A DNA stretch of 60,849 nt, counting the filler, from Fonticula-like sp. SCN 57-25 (lineage: Eukaryota), in assembly GCA_001724245.1 (NCBI GenBank). It is 9 parts of 9 records of this genome, joined end to end, with 100 filler letters (N's around TTAATTAATTAA, not from the genome) between each part and the next. Parts side by side here need not be neighbours in the genome. Positions count along the whole stretch, not along the records: positions 48,321 to 54,176 come from MEDX01000508.1; positions 54,277 to 60,849 come from MEDX01000509.1; 7 more parts are not named here. The stretch is one strand, 5' to 3'. The first letter of the stretch is position 1. The number at the start of each line of letters is the position of its first letter. The notes under the pieces were generated by a model. That model was not told the origin of the DNA and made no database searches. It worked only from the letters and a program-made list of their open reading frames with translations. The translations under genes and the position numbers were made by a program. Positions 49,325 through 57,738 of this stretch are shown here, piece after piece.

Positions 49325-49714
49325 TCACGACCGCGGGATGACGCGCTCAAAGAATGAGAGCACCGGCGACGATTTCACATCGGTCATCTCTGCCACGCGG
49401 CTCTCCTGCTGCCTCATCTTTGCATTGAGGCTCTCGATCTCCTTCTTGTGCGGCACGACCATGTGATGCGGCAGCGAGTGCGGGTCGACCGACTCCCACG
49501 GCAGCTGCTCCCGCGTGATCATGACGTCGGGCGACTCGAGCTCCCACGCGGCGCAGTACACGCCGAGCGCCGCACCAACAGCGGGCATCGCGAGGATCCC
49601 TAGAAGGGGTGCGTTCGACCGCGTACGCATCACGCGCCAGATGGAATGCCAGTTGGCGGCGAGCTCGCGGGGATGAAAGACGCGCGAATCCATGAGACTC
49701 GTGACGTGGGCCAT
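49325..49714 (-). CDS. NDUFA4/B12D-like small mitochondrial membrane protein
   Basis: PLL + single TM helix + SPDV.....PW pattern typical of NDUFA4/COXFA4. Confidence 0.55.
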   Translation of the reverse strand: MAHVTSLMDSRVFHPRELAANWHSIWRVMRTRSNAPLLGILAMPAVGAALGVYCAAWELESPDVMITREQLPWESVDPHSLPHHMVVPHKKEIESLNAKMRQQESRVAEMTDVKSSPVLSFFERVIPRS

Positions 49715-50137
49715 GATGGTGAAATGACAGACAATAAAAGGTCGATGATGTTGATGGGGACGGAAAAGAGTAAAAGTGTCGACGCAACGCAAAGCGAGCA
49801 GTAAAGCTGGCGCGATTACGTCACTCTGCGCATGCTTTTGACACACGTCGGACCCCTGCCATTTTTGCTGTTGCTGATTGTGTGATAGCAAACTGCCAGT
49901 TTGCAGCTTAAGTTTGCAGTTTGCGTCTTTCTCTCAAATCGGACTCGATCATTGATGTCCCAGGAATGTGGGTTTTCGTACGGGTCCCCGACAGAAAGTC
50001 TCGTGTTCAACATAAATCCAGGGCAGATTTGAGGGAGGAAATTTCGGAAGCAATCGCGCACGATCGAGCCAATCACCAGCAAAGGAAAGGAACGCCAGGG
50101 CAAAGAGGCGCCGGCGGGGCAACACACCACGGCAAAG

Positions 50138-50390
50138 ATGCGGGGATCTCGAAAAGGCCCGGGGCATCTCCTTCTTGCGGTGGTGTTTTTGGCGCTATGC
50201 GCGGTCGGTACGTATCTATTTACATGAAGAATATCAGGGTGCTGATGTTTCACCATTTTCAGTGGCTTCACAAACCCACCAAGTGAGGGCCAAGCCGGGC
50301 GACAGCGTTTCGGTTTCTCGCTTCATGGCACCCTCGCTTTGGAGTGCGTTCAATTTCTCCTTATCCTTGAATTACCATAAAGCGAGCTGA
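50138..50390 (+). CDS. Candidate 65-aa secreted peptide, 2 exons
   Basis: MRGSRKGPGHLLLAVVFLALCAV signal-like exon, GTACGT..GCTGAT..TTTCAG intron 50208-50262, in-frame exon 2; upstream CCAAT box. Confidence 0.45.
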
Positions 50391-50445
50391 AGTGTGTTCT
50401 GACTGTTCTCTTATTAGGCACCGCACCCGCTCCGTTCGCACTTAT

Positions 50446-50581
50446 TCAGGGCCGCACCACAACTTTCCCAGATCCACAATACATTAGCTACAATTGTAAA
50501 TAGATACGTACCGACCGCGCATAGCGCCAAAAACACCACAGCAAGAAGGAGATGCCCCGGGCCTTTTTGAGATCCCCGCAT
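50446..50581 (-). CDS. Duplicate signal-peptide exon giving a candidate 28-aa peptide or gene fragment
   Basis: MRGSQKGPGHLLLAVVFLALCAV, donor at 50511, putative AAG acceptor at 50463, then VVVRP-stop. Confidence 0.3.
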
Positions 50582-51014
50582 CTTTGCCGAGTGTTGCCCC
50601 GCCGGCGCCCTCTTGCCCTGGCGTGCTTTTGTCTTGCAGATGATTGGCTCGATTATTTCCGAACAATTATTCCATTCCTCTCAGGTCGGAGTCTGCCCTG
50701 GATTACGATGAACACGAGACATTCTGTCAGGGTCCCCGGACACCATCACTTGCCTACAATCCTGGGGCACCTACAATCACCTACATGCCTGGGACACCTA
50801 CGTCGCCTACGATCCAACAGTACCTATACGGTATTGATGGTGGATTGAACGGAATTTGAACCTTGTACTCGCGAGAATTCGAGAGAAAAGGAACACGCAT
50901 TGGTTTGATATGGTAGAATCATCAAATGACGCAAACTGCAAACTGAAGTTGCAAACTGGCAGTTTGCAATCACTCAATCAGTGTGCATTGCAGTTTGCGG
51001 TGTCATTTTCGCCG

Positions 51015-52697
51015 ATGCACTTGCTGGAGGCCGAGGCGGATGATGTCAGGGCGCGGCTCGCCTCGCTTTCACCCGAATCTCCCACCTTAGAATGGTCTGA
51101 CTTTCTTTCTCTTCTTTCGGCACTTCCTTTTGCCACGCTTTCTGCCCTCCGCGCATCACTTTCGTGCCCGCCCACCGCGCCGCCCGCCCTCGTCGCGTCC
51201 CTGGCCGCCACTGCCTTCTCGCGCGTCAACTCCCCGGACACGGCCACATGGCGACGCTCTTTTCAGACGCTGCTCCTCCTTTCGCCGCCCTCAGCGGTTG
51301 CGCGCCTTGTCGATGAACTCACGGATCCCGCGGGCCTACCCCCACCGTTTGCCCTTGATGCTGCCATCGAGATCGGCCCCGCTGACATGCGACGCTCATT
51401 TTTGCCTCTCCTTGCCGACCGCGTTGCAGCGCTTTTTCCTCCGTCGCCGCCGCTCATCGGCACCCGCATCGGCGCCGCGATCTCGCTGCTAATTTTGCAT
51501 GCGGATCACACTGGCACCAGCGCCGACCAGGTGAAAGAAGCGTTGCTGCCCATCATGATCGACATGTCAGCGCCGTCACCTGCACGTGTGGCGGCGGCGC
51601 GCATTTTAGAGGCTGTCGCGCAACGCGTGCCATTATCCACAACACTTTTACGGTCGGTGGCCGCGGCGGCGGTCGGTGGCCAAGGTGTCCAAAGGGACGT
51701 CCAGGTCGCCGGTGCAGTTAGGTCATTTCTCGATGCCTTACCTGAAGACCACGTGGACGGTGTGGCTACCGGTGTTGGCTGGGTGGCGGCGCTGATGCTG
51801 CGGCGGTTTGCGCGGGATGACGCGGCCGTGCTCAGCGGGGCGCCGGCGGCAGTTCAGCGCGCACTTTTGAGTGGCGAAGGGAAAAGGAAGCGGAAAAAGA
51901 ATGTTTTTGATGAAGTGTCAAGGAAGAAATCAAATGATACAGCACGTCATGATGTCAAAGGTGATGCTGCAACATATGATGCTGATATGGCGGGTGATAG
52001 TGAGGTATCTGATGTTGATATGGCGCGTCAAACCAATGATGATGCAAGCACGCCACGTGGACGGAGCGACCTTTCTATCACATCAAGAGGCGTGCAAACA
52101 AGCAAGAGTGACGCTCCTATACCCAATGACGTAACTCATCCCGATGACGTCACCGATCTTTCTGCTCTCCACGACCTCTTCCTCGCCGCCCGCACGGTCG
52201 ACATCCCCTCGGCCACTGCCATTGGTCACTTTTGCCGTCCCCTCTCTCTGATTGGCGGAGGCGTCCCATTTTCGATCGCGCTCATTCGCGCTCTTTGCGG
52301 GTCGACCGCCGCCGAGCGAGCCCTTTTATTGACCGCCGCCGTTCCCGCCGCCTTTCCCACCCCGACCGACGGCCACGTGTTCCTCGCAGGCACTTTCCTG
52401 ACCACTCTCGAGCGTCTATTGGACAGCGGCGCGCTCAGCCGACCAATTGCGTTTGACCTTGCAGGCGATGTCGCCAATGCGCTTCAGGAAAGTGCGTCGG
52501 CGGTCGTTCTGGCGTCAGTTTGTGCTGCGCTTGGCGGTCGGCTTAGTGGGTGTGCTGCGCTTGGTGTACTGGCGGTGCAGTTGGCAGGGGAGGTGGAAGG
52601 TGAAGTGGAAGTGGACGCGGCCAAGGTCGTGCGGGATCCGATCGTGAGGCGTGCGGTCGAGGAAAAGTTGAGGGAGTCGAGGGCAATGAGTGCATAA
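51015..52697 (+). CDS. Hypothetical alpha-helical (ARM/HEAT-like) protein with central NLS-like KRKRKK and disordered linker
   Basis: Long Leu/Ala-rich intronless ORF; family not recognised. Confidence 0.65.
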   Translation: MHLLEAEADDVRARLASLSPESPTLEWSDFLSLLSALPFATLSALRASLSCPPTAPPALVASLAATAFSRVNSPDTATWRRSFQTLLLLSPPSAVARLVDELTDPAGLPPPFALDAAIEIGPADMRRSFLPLLADRVAALFPPSPPLIGTRIGAAISLLILHADHTGTSADQVKEALLPIMIDMSAPSPARVAAARILEAVAQRVPLSTTLLRSVAAAAVGGQGVQRDVQVAGAVRSFLDALPEDHVDGVATGVGWVAALMLRRFARDDAAVLSGAPAAVQRALLSGEGKRKRKKNVFDEVSRKKSNDTARHDVKGDAATYDADMAGDSEVSDVDMARQTNDDASTPRGRSDLSITSRGVQTSKSDAPIPNDVTHPDDVTDLSALHDLFLAARTVDIPSATAIGHFCRPLSLIGGGVPFSIALIRALCGSTAAERALLLTAAVPAAFPTPTDGHVFLAGTFLTTLERLLDSGALSRPIAFDLAGDVANALQESASAVVLASVCAALGGRLSGCAALGVLAVQLAGEVEGEVEVDAAKVVRDPIVRRAVEEKLRESRAMSA

Positions 52698-53088
52698 ATT
52701 GTATGGACATTAGTCATTATGGCATTTGTACAGTGTATTATGTGTATATTTTGTATTATGTTATTAATTAGTATTCATTTTGTATATTTTCAACTTTGGT
52801 GAGGCATTTATGTATTCAGCATCGACAGTAATACAAGTGAATACACACATCTCCATGTTGGGCAGTGACTTTGACAGTGACATGATCTTGATCAACTCTG
52901 GTTCAGTTGGCATTAACAACACAGTGTACAATATATCGTGTATGCTTTAAAAAATAGTGCACTTCTCTGCTTGACGAGTGAATGGTTTTTGTGCATCATA
53001 TGGTGCGTGCTGTTTCCACATTCGTCTTCCGATTCTTCCCGCCATTCAAAAACTTGCATGATGCAAACTGCAAACTGACTGTCACGAA

Positions 53089-54176
53089 ATGCTGCTGCGT
53101 GCTGTGCGCGGGCATGCGCCCATGTCGGCCGCCTCGGCCCCTCTGCGGCGCTTCACCGTGACCGTCCACGACGACCTTTCGTCCCTTTCGCCCCTCTCGG
53201 ATGCCTTTTTGCCCCGCCGCGCGCGCCTGCCGCGCCGCTCGCCGCTCTTTGGCATGTCATCGCTGTCATCGCCCGCCGCCGTGGAATCGCACGTCGATGC
53301 TGGCCTGACGCACATTGACACGCTCGTCGCGTCGATCACTTCGCGCGCCGCTTCACCACGCATCGTCCGCGACCTTGACGACATTTCAAACACATACTGC
53401 CTTCTCGCCGATCCCTTTGAGCTTGTGCGCTCATTCTCGCCGACATTGCCGCTCGGCATCGCCTGCTCGTCTGCCCTGCTTCGCATCTCCGCCCATATGG
53501 AATCCCTGAACACGTACCGCGCGCTGTGGGCCGGCCTTGAGCGTGCCGACACACGCACGTGGCCCGACCAGGAGCGCGTGCACGCCGAGATCTTTTTGCA
53601 AGAATTCCAGTCGACGGCCGGTGTGATCGACGATGCCGATCGTGAGGCGTTTGTGATGCTCAAGGATCAGGCGATGCGAGTGACTCACGAGATGTTTACA
53701 ACGCCCCCTAGGATGATAAACCTTGAAACAGGCGAAGAGCAGGGCGGTACGCAATGGGAAGCGCAGAAAGTTTTCAGGGTGATATTATGGTGTTTTGGGG
53801 CACAGTCGGATAGTCGCCCAGTTGTATGACGCCCATGACTGCAATTTATGTTGTGTCAAATGTGCCGCATTGTATTGGCAAGTGTGTCTTAAATTGACTT
53901 TTTATATACCAAATGCCTATTTCAATGCACTGATGCTTCTTTCCTCTTCATAGCCCATTCGCGCGGCAACTTTTCTCCAGTACCTGTAACGGAACCTCTC
54001 CCCGTCCTCACCCCCTCCGAACCGCACCGCCGCTCCCTCTACGTGGCCACTCGCCTTCCCCCCACCCACCCCATCTACGCCCACCTCGACTCCCTTCTCT
54101 CCTCCCGCGCGGCACTCGCCAAGCTGCAGCAAAGCACGTGCTATGCTGACCACGCACTGGGGTCGGCAAGGGGGGG
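53089..54176 (+). CDS. MIPEP: Mitochondrial intermediate peptidase (M3 family) N-terminal part; 3' end cut by spacer
   Basis: Arg-rich presequence; IVRDLDDISNTYCLLADPFELVR, HMESLNT, AEIFLQEF; later LDSLLSSRAALAKL....YA. Confidence 0.72.
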
Positions 54177-54276
54177 NNNNNNNNNNNNNNNNNNNNNNNN
54201 NNNNNNNNNNNNNNNNNNNNTTAATTAATTAANNNNNNNNNNNNNNNNNNNNNNNNNNNNNNNNNNNNNNNNNNNN
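54177..54276. other. Artificial contig spacer
   Basis: N run with TTAATTAATTAA. Confidence 0.98.
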
Positions 54277-54820
54277 AAGGTGTCCGTCTGGCGCCTCCCC
54301 TCTGCCGGCAGCAAGTGGCCGCTGACGCCGACGGCGGTCTTTAACGAGCACATTGGCGGCGTGTGCGGCGTGGCGCTCAGCGCCGACGGCAAGACGGGCC
54401 TTTCGGGCGGCATGGACAGGACAGTGAGGATATGGCGCGTTAGTGATGGTGTGCAGGAGGCGGCAATGGAGGCAAGCGGATACGTACGTGAAAGGAGGAG
54501 GACTATATGGTGGAAATAGTAGTAATTTATGGCTATTTTATGTTGCTGTGTAATGCTGTGTGTTACATGTTGAATACGACTGTGTGGATCTGAATGATAT
54601 TTTGTCATGGTCGATGTCATTTTGAACTGCATTTTTTGTGAGCATATTTATAATTATTCTTGCGGTGTATTGTTGGTGCATGGCTGTTCGTTACAAAGGG
54701 CTTACGTGTGATGTCGCGCAGATTCAATCGATGGCGTTCAATGGCAAGACCGGGTTGATGGCCATCGGCCTCAATTGCCAAGGCGTCGAGTTGTGGCGCA
54801 CTACGACTGCTGCCAAATAA
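54277..54820 (+). CDS. C-terminal WD40 blades of a protein related to the WD40-SAM array
   Basis: VWRLP...KWPLTP..VFNEH..GGMDRTVRIWRVSDGVQ, intron ~54484-54721, IQSMAFN..TG..AIGL..GVELW.T then stop. Confidence 0.75.
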
Positions 54821-55047
54821 TCAATTATTAAACTCCATTTTTGCTTTGTTATTTTGCAAATCGCATTCATTTTTATTCAATCCTCGGCCGCATTCTGTAA
54901 AGATCTCCTCTGGTCCAAATCGTGACTCATCAAAAGAGTCGGTCACGTCGGTTTGGATCATTTTCGGTCGGTTTCCGGTCGGTTAAGGGTTAGTTTGAAT
55001 CCGGTTTGGCACGTGTGTCCAGCGTGTGTCATCGAGGGATCCCCGCC

Positions 55048-56119
55048 ATGTCTGCGCTGCTCGAGAGCAACTGCCCCGATCTGAAGCTGCTTCACCGCGG
55101 CAAGGTCCGCGATGTCTACGATCTTTGTCGCGACTGATCGCATCAGCGCGTTCGATGTCATCATGACGACCGGCATTGCCGGCAAGGGCAAGATCCTGAC
55201 GCAGCTCAGCCTCTTTTGGTTTGATCTCTTGAAGGACATTGTGGGCAACCATCTGATCACCGCCGACGTCGAGGCGATGCCCGACAAGGTGAAGCAGTAC
55301 CGCGATCAGCTCGCGGGCCGTTCGATGCAGGTGCGCAAGCTGACCATCCTCAAGGTGGAGGCGATCGTCCGCGGCTACATCACGGGATCGGGATGGGCCG
55401 AGTACAAGAAGAAGGGCACCGTGTGCGACATCAAGCTGCCCGAGGGGCTCAAGGAGAGCGAGAAGCTCGAGCAGCCGCTCTTTACGCCCAGCACAAAGGC
55501 TGATGTCGGAGATCACGACGAAAACATCCACCCCAGCAAGGGTACGTCAGAAGATTGATGGGCATAGAAAAGGGAAAGAAATGAGGGAAAATATGGAAAG
55601 AACGAAAGAAAAGGAGGAGAAGATGTCGAATTTGATACGTTGTTAAGTGCTTTTTATGCTTGTAATGTCATTATTTTTTATTATTTCATGCCTTACGCAC
55701 TTTCCCGCCAACTAACTTTCTGTCTCTCTCCGACAGCCGCCGAGATCATTGGCGCCGAGTACGCCGCCCTCGTGAGCGCGCACAGCATTGCCCTTTACCT
55801 CCGCGCGAGCGACTACGCGCGCACCAAGGGCGTGATCATCGCCGACACCAAGTTTGAGTTTGGTGTTGACGCATCCGGCACCGTCGTGCTCGCCGACGAA
55901 GTTTTGACGCCCGACTCGTCGCGCTTCTGGCCCGCCGCCGAGTACGAGGCCGGCCGCGGCCAGAACAGCTTTGACAAGCAGTTTTTGCGCGACTACCTCA
56001 CCAGCGTCAACTTTGACAAGCAGAACGGGATCCCGCTACCGGATGAGATCGCGGAAAAGACGCTCGAAAAGTACATTGAGGTGTTTAGGATCCTCACGGG
56101 AAAGGAGCCCCAGCTGTAG
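55048..56119 (+). CDS. ADE1: SAICAR synthetase (Ade1/PurC type) with an apparent deletion/frameshift at ~55120
   Basis: RGKVRDVY then frame change to IFVATDRISAFD; EAIVRGYITGSGW.EY; PLFTPSTKA; IIADTKFEFG; DEVLTPDSSRFW; intron 55542-55736. Confidence 0.93.
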
Positions 56120-56346
56120 ATCGCATTATTAAATACATTTTGAATTTGTTTATTGCCACATACACAATGATATATATTATATCTTTCTCATAGATATATT
56201 ATGAATCATTGAGATTCATAGTGCACCATGGCGTCATCTAAACAATTTCCAATTTGATGAATGATATTGAAAAAGAGTACTGTACAAACAACAATTGCAT
56301 CATTTTCTTCTTCTTTCTTCTTCTTCTTCTTTCTCTCCGCCCCCTA

Positions 56347-57621
56347 TCACTGTAGCAACTCGTCGCGCTGCTTCTGGCGGCGGACCGTCTCGTTGAGGGG
56401 CAGCAGGATGAACTTCCAGATGTACAGGGCGCCGGCGGCGATCAGGACCAGAAGAAGGATGATCGACGCGGCGCAGCCAGACGGGACGCTCGAGGCATTG
56501 AAAAGCGTCTAAAGAAAGTTAGTACAAGGAAAACTGCAAATCAGATTGCAGTTTGCATGAAACAAAGTTGGTTTGGTCCAACACAATAACAGAGACATGC
56601 ACATTGAACACACAGCGACTAAAATAATGTGCAAACTGAACATTGTTTGCATGAACAAAGCGCACAAACTAAACACATTTGGCCCAAACAAAGTGCAAAC
56701 TGAATGTAGTTTGCACACACACAACAACATACAACCACACTGTATCAAACTTTCCTCCTGCCCTGCTTCTGATCTTTCCTTCGACGTACGAGGTAAGAGG
56801 CAGCCACGTGATAGAGGAAGACAGCGACGGGTCCCTTCCAGTCCTTTTTAATGAACGAGTCGAACGCGATCACCATCCAGATGATGTGCAGCATGTTGAA
56901 GAGGAGCGTCGTCACGGCGTAGATAAAGTAGGTCGAGACGTTGGGGCATGACGGGCAGGGAAGGAAGCCGGGGCCGATCGACTCGGCCAGCGCAGAGATG
57001 AATGACACAAGGCTGCTCATGAAGCCAAAGCCAAAGCCGCTAACAAAGGCGTACTCGAGCGCGTTGTACGCAGAGTTGGGGTTCGTCGCGACGAGATTGA
57101 GGCCGCGGGATGACTTGCTGTGAACGACAAGATGGCGTAAGAAATGGACAGAAATACATGTAAAGACACGAAAAGCACAAAAAATAATGACAATTAACGC
57201 GAAAAGGAGGGCAAAAACACGCTCAAAAGCGTCGATCACAGTCAAGCAACATCAGCAACAACAGCGTCAACACCGACATCATTCCACAACGTACGAGAAA
57301 AGAAAGTAGTAGAGCCAGCGGAAAAGCTCCTGGAAACCGACCGAAAAAGGGATCTGGAACGCAAAGACAAAGTGCATTTGCGGGATAATGAACCAAAACA
57401 CCGACGCAAAGAGCATCGAGGCGAGCCAGAAGAAGGCGCTGGAAAGGGGCGCCCCAGATCAGCCGACGCCATGCCAAGGGAGATGTTGAGGGCAAATATG
57501 AGTCGTACCTCATAATGAAAAGGATCACGAGGTGAGCCTGGGGGGCCACATGAGTGATAAAGAGCGCCAGTGGCGGTCCGTAGGCCGTAAAAAGACACCC
57601 GAAAAACGTTGCGAGACCCAT
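56347..57621 (-). CDS. APH1: Gamma-secretase subunit APH-1, multi-exon
   Basis: FFGCLFTAYGPPLALF; AFFWLVS; V.FQELFR; AFVSGFGFGFMS (GxxxG); LAESIGPG; LHIIW; YHVAASYL. Confidence 0.9.
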
Positions 57622-57738
57622 GGCGGCGCCGCTGTCCTCAGTCAAACACAATAGCAGGCGATCAGCCAATCAGATTCAAACATACAGTCAGCATTGGAGT
57701 CGTGACGTCATCGAGTCCCTCTGCCGGTAGACGCGGCC

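Larger units (their letters stand above)
49874..50981. repeat. Nested inverted repeat: outer 54-bp arms (49874-49927 / 50928-50981) and inner ~270-300-bp arms (~49955-50224 / 50495-~50800) around a 270-bp spacer
   Basis: Outer arms match at 50 of 54 positions as reverse complements; inner arms are nearly identical over the ~100 bp nearest the spacer. Confidence 0.92.

Noticed and set aside
50504-50520. ATACGTACC resembling a variant U1 snRNA 5' end complementary to GTACGT donors
   Set aside because: It is better explained as the reverse complement of a splice donor after a signal-peptide exon; no U1 stem-loops or Sm site recognised.
5911-54276. Eight identical TTAATTAATTAA palindromes in N runs, and ORFs crossing them
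   Set aside because: Synthetic six-frame-stop scaffolding linkers. Not biological, and synteny across them is meaningless.
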